A stretch of DNA of 64,000 bases from positions 1 through 64,000 of IMG/VR virus record IMGVR_UViG_3300034375_010007. One strand, written 5' to 3'. The position numbers were made by a program, and so were the translations under genes. Positions 17,759 through 26,658 of this stretch are shown here, piece after piece (position 1 is the stretch's first letter; every line of letters starts with the position of its first letter). The stretch is from a virus. The notes beneath the pieces were generated by a model, which saw only the letters and a list, made by a program, of their open reading frames with translations, was not told the DNA's origin and made no database searches.

Positions 17759-17794
17759 AATTATTAGGCGTTTCCACCAAAATATAAATTTTAT

Positions 17795-17823
17795 TTGACA
17801 TATACAAATATCTGTTGTATTAT
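17795..17823 (+). promoter_or_regulatory. Sigma70 promoter TTGACA-N17-TATTAT
   Basis: -35 at 17795-17800, -10 at 17818-17823. Predicted start coincides with ATG 17830. Confidence 0.75.
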
Positions 17824-17829
17824 GTCTCT

Positions 17830-18357
17830 ATGAGAACTGAGACTAGAAGACAAAGATATGATAAGAAAATTAAAACTAATGTTACTAAAACTTACCCGAT
17901 TAGCTTATGTGCTATTAATTTCCGGGTGGATGATAACCTCGCTCACCTTGTGCGCTCTGCTGCCTGTTTTGGCGCTGAAACTGTTTATGTTATTGGTTCC
18001 GTACCTGAGCGGAGCACTATAAAGTCAGCATCAGGAAGTTTGATAGATTATGTTAATATTGTTCAATTCTCTACTCCCCAAGCGTTTTTGGAGCATTGTA
18101 GGAAAGAGAAAATTAAAGTTGTGGCTGCAGAACTGGTGGAAGGAGCAAGACCACTTTCTTCTTACGATTTCAATTTTGATGGCCATACTTGCTTGGTTGT
18201 TGGCAACGAATCAACTGGAGTTCCCACAGAGATAATCAGTTCTTCTGATGTGGTATACGTTGAAATGCCCGGTGTAGGCTATTGTCTAAACACCGCTCAA
18301 ACAGCAAATATACTTCTTTACGAGGCTGTGAAACAATACGAAGGGAACCAGAGGTAA
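17830..18357 (+). CDS. SpoU/TrmH-family RNA 2'-O-methyltransferase
   Basis: NLAHLVRSAACFG, LVVGNESTGV, VEMPGVGYCLNTAQTANILLYE (SPOUT motifs). Confidence 0.9.
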   Translation: MRTETRRQRYDKKIKTNVTKTYPISLCAINFRVDDNLAHLVRSAACFGAETVYVIGSVPERSTIKSASGSLIDYVNIVQFSTPQAFLEHCRKEKIKVVAAELVEGARPLSSYDFNFDGHTCLVVGNESTGVPTEIISSSDVVYVEMPGVGYCLNTAQTANILLYEAVKQYEGNQR

Positions 18358-18369
18358 TACCAAACTTAG

Positions 18370-18377
18370 ACTACTTA
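18370..18377 (+). promoter_or_regulatory. ACTANTTA motif (ACTACTTA)
   Basis: Intergenic, upstream of AGGAGG SD and GTG 18400. Confidence 0.45.
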
Positions 18378-18399
18378 TAACATAACAGGAGGACACAGT

Positions 18400-18600
18400 G
18401 TGTCTGAGCAAAAGGAAATAAAGACACCGTCTTTTCTAAAAACGGTTTATCTCTCAAATCGAGAAATCCGTCTTATTCTGGCAGGTTTGTATTCTTTGAA
18501 TATGTCGGAAGAAGAAATAGAAGGAACACTTTGGAAAAAGCTATTGTTTGAAAAACTTCATAAGAAAACCAGACGAAAAAAGAACAGTGGTAAAGAGTAA
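18400..18600 (+). CDS. Hypothetical protein
   Basis: Strong AGGAGG SD, GTG start. Confidence 0.65.
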   Translation: MSEQKEIKTPSFLKTVYLSNREIRLILAGLYSLNMSEEEIEGTLWKKLLFEKLHKKTRRKKNSGKE

Positions 18601-18829
18601 AAAGTTATCAAGACATCAAAAAGATGTATTGTTGGTGAAAGCATCAGCACAGTTTGGCAACAGAGCCTTGTATTCAATAGAGCAAAAAACACAAGGATTA
18701 GCTTTATACGCTTACGCTGATTCAAAGCAAGACGCCGAGATCCTAAGAAAAACCATTCCTCTTCGGTGGAATGGTTTATTTACTGTTGTTATTTATATTG
18801 ATTTACCTGACGAAGAAGACGAGGATTAA
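18587..18829 (+). CDS. Hypothetical protein
   Basis: ORF fills the gap; likely GTG start overlapping the upstream gene end. Confidence 0.55.
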   Translation: MVKSKKLSRHQKDVLLVKASAQFGNRALYSIEQKTQGLALYAYADSKQDAEILRKTIPLRWNGLFTVVIYIDLPDEEDED

Positions 18830-18831
18830 TA

Positions 18832-19443
18832 ATGTTAACCGCCATTGGGGATGTGATGAGAGAATGCTATCGACGTGGTTGGATTACAACTCGCGACGGT
18901 AACTGCTCTGTCCGTAAAACAAAAGATAATAAGATCTTTATCACCCCATCAGGCGTTAGAAAAAACCTTATACACCCTGAATATATTGAGAGAATAAAGA
19001 TTCTAGAGGGTGGAGAATTTTTAAAGATTGAAGAGGACGAGAACCCATCCGGTGAGTTAGAGATGCACTGGCAACTTCTAAGAAATGCTAGATCTACAAG
19101 ATGCGTTCTTCACGTTCATCCAACAAATATTATTGCCGCTATGTATGCTGGCTGGGACTTAGAGAAACTATCCAAGCAGTTTCCAGAAGTCCACAGATAC
19201 ACAAGAGTAGGACCCAATGTTCCAGTCCTTCCGGCAGTATCCAGAGAACTAGCAGACGCAACATCAAAAAGCTTTGGATTGGTCGGAGGCAGAGTTGTTT
19301 ATGACGTTGTCGGTCAAGGAAATCATGGCGCTTGTGCTGTCGCAGCAAATCCTTGGGATGCATTTGAACACATAGAAAGATTAGAACATATTTGTCAGAT
19401 TGTCTTGACATCTGGCGTAAGACCCTGTAATATGTTTGTATGA
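18832..19443 (+). CDS. Class II aldolase/adducin family protein (FucA/MtnB-like)
   Basis: DGNCSVR, ITPSG, PSGELEMH, VLHVHP, NHG, ERLEH. Confidence 0.9.
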   Translation: MLTAIGDVMRECYRRGWITTRDGNCSVRKTKDNKIFITPSGVRKNLIHPEYIERIKILEGGEFLKIEEDENPSGELEMHWQLLRNARSTRCVLHVHPTNIIAAMYAGWDLEKLSKQFPEVHRYTRVGPNVPVLPAVSRELADATSKSFGLVGGRVVYDVVGQGNHGACAVAANPWDAFEHIERLEHICQIVLTSGVRPCNMFV

Positions 19444-19652
19444 TAGTTAAAAAAGGAACAACAGTTTATCCTTCCATAAAAGGAGAATATAATTTTCATT
19501 ATCCTCAGATCGAGGATCCATATGTTTTACTGATGGACATAGAAGTTGACAGGCTTCATTGGGCAGAAAGAGATAATAAAGTTGCTGTAAAAGTTTGTAG
19601 TCCTGAAAACTATCTACCTTATAGTGTACTATGGTTAGAGACGCCGGTATAG
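19440..19652 (+). CDS. Hypothetical protein
   Basis: ATGA coupling to the aldolase; stop lies inside tRNA-Thr. Confidence 0.55.
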   Translation: MIVKKGTTVYPSIKGEYNFHYPQIEDPYVLLMDIEVDRLHWAERDNKVAVKVCSPENYLPYSVLWLETPV

Positions 19653-19718
19653 CTCAGTTGGTAGAGCACCATTCTTGTAAAGTGGATGTCCACAGTTCGA
19701 ATCTGTGTGCCGGCACCA
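19643..19718 (+). tRNA. tRNA-Thr(TGT)
   Basis: GCCGGTA/TGCCGGC acceptor, loop CTTGTAA, TTCGAAT, encoded CCA. Confidence 0.95.
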
Positions 19719-19737
19719 TAAAACTAAATATTTCCTT

Positions 19738-19813
19738 GGGGATGTAGCTCAGTTGGGAGAGCATCAGTTTTGCATACTGAGGGTCGTAGGTTCGATTCCT
19801 ATCATCTCCACCA
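19738..19813 (+). tRNA. tRNA-Ala(TGC)
   Basis: GGGGATG/CATCTCC with G3:U70, loop TTTGCAT, CCA. Confidence 0.95.
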
Positions 19814-19818
19814 TTTTA

Positions 19819-19895
19819 GGGCGGCTAGCTCAGTTGGTTAGAGCAGTTGTTTTACACGCATCAGGTCGGGAGTTCGAATCTCTCGCCGCCCACCA
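19819..19895 (+). tRNA. tRNA-Val(TAC)
   Basis: GGGCGGC/GCCGCCC, loop TTTACAC, CCA; one U-U mismatch in the anticodon stem. Confidence 0.92.
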
Positions 19896-19899
19896 TAAT

Positions 19900-19975
19900 C
19901 AGGGCGTAGGGCAGGGGATGTCCCGCTGGTTTTGGGAACCAGAACACGTTGGTTCGATTCCAACCGCCCTGACCA
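19900..19975 (+). tRNA. tRNA-Pro(TGG)
   Basis: CAGGGCG/CGCCCTG, CTGGT-TTTGGGA-ACCAG, CCA. Confidence 0.92.
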
Positions 19976-19980
19976 TTTTT

Positions 19981-20071
19981 AGAGAGGTGTCCGAGTGGCC
20001 GAAGGAGCAGCATTGGAAATGCTGTGTAGGTTCAAAGCCTACCGGGGGTTCGAATCCCCCCCTCTCTGCCA
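19981..20071 (+). tRNA. tRNA-Ser(GGA)
   Basis: AGAGAGG/CCTCTCT, CAGCA-TTGGAAA-TGCTG, long variable arm, GCCA end. Confidence 0.95.
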
Positions 20072-20080
20072 CTTAATATT

Positions 20081-20416
20081 ATGAAACCATACTTTTACAA
20101 AGCAAAAATAATCTCTGTTTATGATGGTGACACTGTAACAGCTGTTATAGATTTGGGATTTAACATTACAAATAAGATCAAGATTAGACTTTACGGTATT
20201 AATGCTCCCGAAATAAGAGGTAAGCAAAGACCAGAAGGTCTAAAAAGTAGAGATTATTTAAGATCTTTAATCCTTGACAAAGATGTAATCATACAAACAT
20301 TAAAAGATAAGAAAGGCAAATACGGTCGTTATATTGGAATTATCCACTTAGAGGATAAAAATATTAACGAACTTCTTGTAGAGTCAGGACATGCCGTAAA
20401 AAGGAGTATTAAATGA
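20081..20416 (+). CDS. Thermonuclease (SNase-like)
   Basis: VYDGDT...DLGF, IRLYGINAPE, KGKYGRYIG, INELLVESGHA. Confidence 0.9.
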   Translation: MKPYFYKAKIISVYDGDTVTAVIDLGFNITNKIKIRLYGINAPEIRGKQRPEGLKSRDYLRSLILDKDVIIQTLKDKKGKYGRYIGIIHLEDKNINELLVESGHAVKRSIK

Positions 20417-20652
20417 GTAACATGATGGCTGAACAGTTAGTACGAGCAGCGCTAGCTCGATTTGAGGCAGATAGACAAGAGGCTATCGCCGTTATTGAGT
20501 TGTATTTGAACAACCCCGCTGGTGTTGCAGAGCACCCCAGTGTTGTAAATGAAATTGCCACAGCAATTGGAAATCTAGCAGACGCCGAAGAGGCGATTGG
20601 CGCTATTGAGAGGAACTTTCTTTCACGTCCGGAAACAGATGAAGATGAGTGA
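20413..20652 (+). CDS. Small helical hypothetical phage protein
   Basis: YLNNPAGVAEHP; AAGGAG SD. Confidence 0.75.
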   Translation: MSNMMAEQLVRAALARFEADRQEAIAVIELYLNNPAGVAEHPSVVNEIATAIGNLADAEEAIGAIERNFLSRPETDEDE

Positions 20653-21163
20653 TGGTCCCAGACCAACTCCTTACACAACTGTTTGTGTATCAGGAGGTTT
20701 TGATCCTGTTCATATTGGACATCTTCGCATGATTCAAGAAGCAGCAGAATACGGTCATGTTGTTGTTATTGTAAATTCTGATGATTGGTTGATGCGTAAG
20801 AAGGGTTATATTTTCATGCCCTTTGAAGAACGTTGCGAAATTCTTAGAGGCTTTGCAACAACAGGCGAAACGACTTTTGTAGATGATACAGACGGAACAG
20901 TTTGCGAGGCTCTCCGAAGAATTGAGCCAGATTATTTTGCCAATGGCGGCGATCGCAAAACCAATAACACTCCCGAGATGGATGTGTGCGAAGAGCTAGG
21001 CATTGAAATGCTTTGGGGCGTAGGTGGAGGCAAGATTCAAAGTTCTTCCACATTGGTCTCTGATGCAGGAATGAACCCGGACCTCCCAAGCGACGATGAG
21101 TTACAGCCGTCTAAAGTTGAGATTGTTCAGTCGGGCGATGTGGCAAAAATAGGAAACTATTAA
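20645..21163 (+). CDS. Cytidylyltransferase-like protein (TagD/RfaE domain II family)
   Basis: SGGFDPVHIGH, VNSD.WL.RKKG, FANGGDR, KIQSSS; likely ATG 20645. Confidence 0.88.
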   Translation: MSDGPRPTPYTTVCVSGGFDPVHIGHLRMIQEAAEYGHVVVIVNSDDWLMRKKGYIFMPFEERCEILRGFATTGETTFVDDTDGTVCEALRRIEPDYFANGGDRKTNNTPEMDVCEELGIEMLWGVGGGKIQSSSTLVSDAGMNPDLPSDDELQPSKVEIVQSGDVAKIGNY

Positions 21164-21171
21164 AAGAGGGC

Positions 21172-21179
21172 GCTATTTA
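21172..21179 (+). promoter_or_regulatory. ACTANTTA-like motif (GCTATTTA)
   Basis: Intergenic, upstream of phoH. Confidence 0.4.
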
Positions 21180-21197
21180 GTATAGAACGGGGTCTTA

Positions 21198-22517
21198 ATG
21201 AGCCGCAAGAAGATTTATGTGTTAGATACCAGCGTTTATCTAACAAATGCAGACGCAATATACGCTTTTAAAAACCACGATATTTATGTTCCTCTGAAAG
21301 TATTTGAGGAGATCGATAAACACAAGAAACGCCAAGATCTTGTTGGAGCACAGGCACGAAAGATTATTCGTATCTGGGATGAACTTCGCTCCAAAGGATG
21401 CCTTAAAAAGGGTGTTCGCATTCGTCAAGGTCTTGGTATCATCAAATCTGTATCTGCATCTGATATAGAACAGAACTATCTACCACACGATCTGGATATC
21501 AAGATCCCAGATCATCTTATTATCGCCACAGCAAGAACCGTTGAGAGAGAATCAGCAAGAAAAGTTATTCTTGTTTCTCGCGACATCAATATGCGCGTTA
21601 TTGCTGACGCGATTGGATTGCCTTGCGAGGACTTCCAAAACCAACAGATTGTTGACGACAGCGACAGCATTTACACTGGCTTTACAGAGGTTCTTGTAGA
21701 TGATGAGATTATTGATCAGTTTTATGAAAAGAAAGATGTTTATCTTGATGGTCTCAATCTCAAAACAAACGAATACGTAATGCTTATCTCCAACGCAAAC
21801 GAAAAGAAAACAGCGTTGGGCAGATACATAAACGAGCACACTCCTATTCGTCAGCTTTACAAGGATAAAAAAGGCGTGTGGGGCATCAAACCAAGAAACA
21901 AAGAACAATCTTTCTTGATTGACGCTCTTATGGACCCGAACATCGAGGTTGTTACGGCCATCGGCAAAGCAGGTAGTGGTAAGACGCTCTGTGCGATCGC
22001 TGCGGCGCTTGAACAGACCCTAGACGACAGATCATCCATCTACACCCGTCTAATCGTTTCTAGGCCCGTGCAGCCGCTTGGAAAGGACATAGGTTTCTTG
22101 CCGGGAACAATGGAAGAGAAAATGTCTCCTTGGTTGATGCCTATTCAGGATAACCTTCAAACTCTTATGGGTAACGATAAGGTTACGCTCGATATGTATA
22201 TGGAACAAGGCACTATTGAGATTGAAGCAATCACTTATATTCGTGGTCGCTCTATCGGAAAAGCCTTTATTATTATTGATGAAGCACAAAACTTGACAAC
22301 TCACGAACTAAAGACTATCATTACAAGAGTTGGTGAAGGAACAAAGATTGTGCTAACAGGCGATGTAGAACAGATTGATAACGTCTACATAGATGCTACA
22401 ACAAATGGTCTCACTCACGCTGTTGAGAAGTTCAAAGACTTTGAGTTAGCCGCTCACGTAACCTTGTTAAAGGGTGAGCGTTCAAGAGTTGCTACCTTCG
22501 CTGCTGAAAATCTGTGA
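21198..22517 (+). CDS. phoH: PIN-domain PhoH family ATPase
   Basis: YVLDTSV (PIN), GKAGSGKT, IGFLPG, YIRGRS, IIDEAQN, GDVEQID. Confidence 0.93.
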   Translation: MSRKKIYVLDTSVYLTNADAIYAFKNHDIYVPLKVFEEIDKHKKRQDLVGAQARKIIRIWDELRSKGCLKKGVRIRQGLGIIKSVSASDIEQNYLPHDLDIKIPDHLIIATARTVERESARKVILVSRDINMRVIADAIGLPCEDFQNQQIVDDSDSIYTGFTEVLVDDEIIDQFYEKKDVYLDGLNLKTNEYVMLISNANEKKTALGRYINEHTPIRQLYKDKKGVWGIKPRNKEQSFLIDALMDPNIEVVTAIGKAGSGKTLCAIAAALEQTLDDRSSIYTRLIVSRPVQPLGKDIGFLPGTMEEKMSPWLMPIQDNLQTLMGNDKVTLDMYMEQGTIEIEAITYIRGRSIGKAFIIIDEAQNLTTHELKTIITRVGEGTKIVLTGDVEQIDNVYIDATTNGLTHAVEKFKDFELAAHVTLLKGERSRVATFAAENL

Positions 22518-22524
22518 GGTTAAA

Positions 22525-22761
22525 ATGGAAAACGAGACTTTAAATGAGAGTGTGAGCACCGATACAGGACTCAAAGAGTTGGTTGTTAATTATATTGGCG
22601 AGAGATTAGCTCGGTCCGAAGAGGTGACTGTCGATATGGCAGTTGAAGTTTTCGCAGCCGAATTCCCAGAGTTTCTATTGGCAGTAGCGGAAGAGAACTT
22701 TCTTCGTGGATACGAGCAAGCTCTAATTGATGTTGCAGCGACGGAAACAAAAAATGTTTAA
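22525..22761 (+). CDS. Hypothetical protein
   Basis: GAGG SD before ATG 22525; EFPEFLLAVAEENFLRGY. Confidence 0.7.
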   Translation: MENETLNESVSTDTGLKELVVNYIGERLARSEEVTVDMAVEVFAAEFPEFLLAVAEENFLRGYEQALIDVAATETKNV

Positions 22762-23383
22762 TAGAGAATATTATATTCATAGCATCCCAGTATTTGTGTT
22801 TGGGGAAACTGAACCATTGGTGGACATTCCTCTATTTTGCTATCAGGTAGAACAGATGTTGCCAAGAACCGCTTTAACAAATGTTGAAGTTTGTTATATT
22901 TCAGACAATCCTGAATTAGACGGGCGCAATGCAGCTTACAATGATGGTGCCATCTATATGAAGCTTGATGAGCCAACAAACGATGATATGATCGAGAACT
23001 TTGTTCATGAAGTTGCTCATGCTGTGGAAACAACAGATCCTTATTCAATTTACGATGAGAGATTGCAAACAGAGTTCTTGGGCAAAAGAAGAAAGTTGTA
23101 TCATCTTCTACAAGCGGAAGGGTACAACCAAGTGCCTTTGGTTCGATATGAGATGATGGAATACAACAAGATGTTTGATGACTTTCTAGCTAACGTAGTC
23201 GGCTATCCAACACTGCTATCTTTGACAATGGGTCTGTTTTGCTCTCCATACGGTGCTACTTCTATCCAAGAATATTTTGCAAATGGCTTCGAAAAGTTCT
23301 TTACAGAGAACCCTGGGTATGTTAAAAGTGTAAGTCCGGTCTTGTACCAGAAAGTTGTAGCAGCCCTGAATGACGACAAGTAA
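22754..23383 (+). CDS. Zincin-like metallopeptidase
   Basis: VHEVAHAVE (HExxH) ... YGATSIQEYFANGF. Confidence 0.75.
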   Translation: MFNREYYIHSIPVFVFGETEPLVDIPLFCYQVEQMLPRTALTNVEVCYISDNPELDGRNAAYNDGAIYMKLDEPTNDDMIENFVHEVAHAVETTDPYSIYDERLQTEFLGKRRKLYHLLQAEGYNQVPLVRYEMMEYNKMFDDFLANVVGYPTLLSLTMGLFCSPYGATSIQEYFANGFEKFFTENPGYVKSVSPVLYQKVVAALNDDK

Positions 23384-24155
23384 GAAAACACACATATCAT
23401 ATTCCGAACTAAAAGATTGGGCTCACTGCCCGCATTACCACAAGAAGAACTGGATCGAGAAGGTTGCTTCATTTGAAGGCAATGAGTATACTGCGTTTGG
23501 AACTGCTATCCACGATGTCTGCGAGAAGAAGCTTCTGCGCGAGAATATCGATGAAGCGAAGGTATTCCAGATTGGATTCGACAAGGAACTGGAAAAACTT
23601 GCGGAAAAAAATATTGAAGTAAATCAGAAGAATGTTGAGCAAATGCGAACAGCAGGACCAGAGGTCTTAGCTGAGGTTGAGGACGCTCTAGAGGATTACT
23701 TTGGAGATTATGAGGTATACTCTTCCGAGGAGCTTCTATACGAAGAAATTGAAAACTTTGGATATAACTTTAAAGGTTTTGTTGATGCCGTCGTTAAGGT
23801 AGGTAACAAGTATCACATCTTTGACTGGAAGACCTGTTCGTGGGGCTGGGATTCCCGCAAAAAGGCTGAAAAGATGGTTACTTACCAGCTAACCTTATAC
23901 AAGCACTTTTTCTGTCAGAAGCATAATCTAGACCCCAAAGATGTGGAAACTCACTTTGCTTTGCTAAAAAGAACTGCCAAGAAGAATAGAGTAGAAATAT
24001 TTAGAGTAACAAGCGGTCCTAGAAAAACTGAGAACGCTCTTAAACTTTTATATCAAGCAATATACAATATCCAAAAAGGTGTCGCATTTAAGAACCGACT
24101 TAAGTGCTTGAAGCCCTACCCCTGTTCATTGCGCAATACCGAACACTGTAGATAG
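23370..24155 (+). CDS. PD-(D/E)XK exonuclease, Cas4/RecB-like with FeS cysteines
   Basis: HISYS..CP, FGTAIH, GFVD, DWKT, QLTLY, terminal C...C...C. Confidence 0.88.
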   Translation: MTTSKKTHISYSELKDWAHCPHYHKKNWIEKVASFEGNEYTAFGTAIHDVCEKKLLRENIDEAKVFQIGFDKELEKLAEKNIEVNQKNVEQMRTAGPEVLAEVEDALEDYFGDYEVYSSEELLYEEIENFGYNFKGFVDAVVKVGNKYHIFDWKTCSWGWDSRKKAEKMVTYQLTLYKHFFCQKHNLDPKDVETHFALLKRTAKKNRVEIFRVTSGPRKTENALKLLYQAIYNIQKGVAFKNRLKCLKPYPCSLRNTEHCR

Positions 24156-24163
24156 GAAACTAA

Positions 24164-25414
24164 ATGTCAGACAAGATAAAGATCTTTACCATCAGCGATC
24201 ACCCGCTGTCTCCGAGTGGTGTCGGAACACAAACAAAGTACATTATTGAAGGAATGTTAAAGACTGGTAAGTACCAGTTTGTTTCTTTTGGCGGTGCGAT
24301 TAAGCACCCAAACCACGATCCGCAGAGAACCGAAGAGTGGGGCGAGGATTGGATTATTTGGCCTGTTGATGGTTATGGCAATCAAGATATGGTCCGAGCA
24401 ATGATCCGTCAGCAAAAGCCGGATATTCTTTGGTTTATGACAGATCCACGTTTTTATGAGTGGCTTTGGTCAATTGAAAATGAAATTCGAGCGCATGTTC
24501 CAATGGTTTATTATCATGTTTGGGACAATTATCCATATCCAAGTTTCAATCGTAAGTTTTACCTATCAAACGATCACGTTGCTTGTATTTCAAAGCTAAC
24601 ACATGACATTGTACAGACAGTGGCACCAGAGGTAGAGTCCTCCTATGTTCCCCATGCGGTAAATCCAGATATCTTCAAGCCTCATACTGCTCAAAAGATA
24701 AAGAGTTGGAGAATGTCCAAGAACTTAGATGATAAATTCGTCTGTTTCTGGAACAGTCGCAATGCTAGACGCAAGCAATCGGGCACATTAATTTGGTGGT
24801 TTAAAGAGTTCTTGGACAAGGTCGGTCATGATAACGCATGCCTTATCATGCACACAGACGTAAAGGACCAACATGGACAGGATTTGGAAGCAATTATCCA
24901 TGAATTAGGGCTTACCAATGGAGAAGTTCTTTTCTCAAGAGAGAAGGTCAATGCAGCAGACCTAGCTGGCATGTATAACATGGCTGATCTTACAATTTGT
25001 ATCTCGGATGCAGAAGGTTTTGGACTTTCTACCTTAGAGTCTCTATCTTGCGGCACACCAATTTTGGTAAACATGACCGGAGGTCTTCAAGATCAAGTAA
25101 CGGACGGAGAGAAGTTCTTTGGTATCGGATTACAACCGGCATCAAAAGCAATTATTGGATCACAGCAGGTTCCATACATTTACGAAGATCGTCTAAATAA
25201 GGATGATTTTATTAATGCTTTGGTTGAACTTTATGAGATGACACCAGAAGCTAGAAGAGAATTAGGAATGGCTGGTCGTGCTTGGTCCGAAGATCGCTTT
25301 GGATTTGATAAGTTCATCCAAACATGGGATGATTTATTTACGTCAATTTACGAAGAAAAAGGCTCTTGGGAAGACCGCAAGGGTTACAACTCATACGAAG
25401 TAAAGGTATACTAA
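24164..25414 (+). CDS. Glycosyltransferase family 4
   Basis: SRNARRK, YNMAD, EGFGLSTLESLSCGTP. Confidence 0.9.
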   Translation: MSDKIKIFTISDHPLSPSGVGTQTKYIIEGMLKTGKYQFVSFGGAIKHPNHDPQRTEEWGEDWIIWPVDGYGNQDMVRAMIRQQKPDILWFMTDPRFYEWLWSIENEIRAHVPMVYYHVWDNYPYPSFNRKFYLSNDHVACISKLTHDIVQTVAPEVESSYVPHAVNPDIFKPHTAQKIKSWRMSKNLDDKFVCFWNSRNARRKQSGTLIWWFKEFLDKVGHDNACLIMHTDVKDQHGQDLEAIIHELGLTNGEVLFSREKVNAADLAGMYNMADLTICISDAEGFGLSTLESLSCGTPILVNMTGGLQDQVTDGEKFFGIGLQPASKAIIGSQQVPYIYEDRLNKDDFINALVELYEMTPEARRELGMAGRAWSEDRFGFDKFIQTWDDLFTSIYEEKGSWEDRKGYNSYEVKVY

Positions 25415-26658
25415 TGTTAAAGAAGGTTTTAATCAAAGGTCCAGTGCTATCGCGCTCAGGATATGGCGAGCAAGCTCGGTTTGCTCTCAGGGCGCTGCAG
25501 TCGCGACCGGATCTGTTCGACATTTATATTGTTAATATCCCATGGGGACGGACAGGACAAATCTCAGAGGTAGATGAAGAAGCAAATCTGATTCATGAGA
25601 TTCTCATGAAGACCCAGGCATATGTGCAACAAAAAGGACAATTCGATGTTTCCTTGCAGGTTACGATTCCAAATGAATTTGAGAAGATTGCTCCTATTAA
25701 CATTGGTTACACTGCAGGTATTGAAACAACAAAGGTATCTCCACAATGGATTGCGAAATCTAATGAAACGGTAGACAAGATAATTGTTGTTTCCAATCAT
25801 TCTAAGAAGGTATTTGAGCAGACTAAGTACGACGTTAAAGACCAAGCTGGCTATGAACATAAGGGTTGGGGACTTCAAGTGCCTGTAGAAGCCGTTAACT
25901 ACCCTGTCAGGATGTTTGAGCCGGAAGAACTAAATATTGAATTTAGGACCAACAAGAACTTTCTCACCGTTGCTCAATGGGGACCGAGAAAGAATCTAGA
26001 AAATACGATTAAGTGGTTTGTGGAGGCTTTTGCCGATGATGAAGATGTCGGACTGGTAGTAAAGACTAGTACCGCATCCGATTCTGTAATGGACAGAGAG
26101 GTTACACAGAAGCGCCTAGAAGCTCTTCTAAACGCTTGTGGTCCTCGTAAGTGCTCTGTGTACCTAATTCACGGTGAAGTATCTCCTGGGAACCTAGCGT
26201 GGCTCTATGGGCACCCCACTATGAAGGCAATGATTAACATTGGTCACGGAGAAGGTTACGGACTTCCTTTATTTGAGGCTGCTTATCACGGATTGCCGCT
26301 TATTACAACAGCTTGGTCTGGACAAATGGATTTTATTTGTAAGCCAAATAAGAAAGGCAAGCAGGTTCCAAGAGTCATTAAGGTTGATTATGATATTAAG
26401 GAAGTGCAGAAGCATGCTGTATGGAATGGAGTAATTCAAGCAGACTCTAAATGGGCATATGCCAAGGAAAAGTATTATAAGAGCGCTTTAAAGGATTCTC
26501 TAGAGAAGGAAGGGCACTATCGTAAAGAAGCGTTGGCTCTACAAAAGTACATCATTGATAAATTTACGGATGAAAATATGTATGCTGCTTTTGTCGACAG
26601 CATGTGCACAGGACAAGAGGAAGACAACACCCTCGATGAGGGTGTCTTTATATTATGA
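25414..26658 (+). CDS. Glycosyltransferase family 4
   Basis: SGYG, QWGPRKN, GEGYGLPLFEAA; ATG 25414 coupled to the upstream stop. Confidence 0.9.
   Translation: MLKKVLIKGPVLSRSGYGEQARFALRALQSRPDLFDIYIVNIPWGRTGQISEVDEEANLIHEILMKTQAYVQQKGQFDVSLQVTIPNEFEKIAPINIGYTAGIETTKVSPQWIAKSNETVDKIIVVSNHSKKVFEQTKYDVKDQAGYEHKGWGLQVPVEAVNYPVRMFEPEELNIEFRTNKNFLTVAQWGPRKNLENTIKWFVEAFADDEDVGLVVKTSTASDSVMDREVTQKRLEALLNACGPRKCSVYLIHGEVSPGNLAWLYGHPTMKAMINIGHGEGYGLPLFEAAYHGLPLITTAWSGQMDFICKPNKKGKQVPRVIKVDYDIKEVQKHAVWNGVIQADSKWAYAKEKYYKSALKDSLEKEGHYRKEALALQKYIIDKFTDENMYAAFVDSMCTGQEEDNTLDEGVFIL

Noticed and set aside
19705-20076. 123-aa ORF over the tRNA array
   Set aside because: Entirely explained by four well-formed tRNA genes.
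23370-24155. Cas4-like nuclease as a sign of CRISPR-Cas
   Set aside because: No repeat-spacer array or other cas gene seen; stand-alone Cas4-like nucleases are common in phages.
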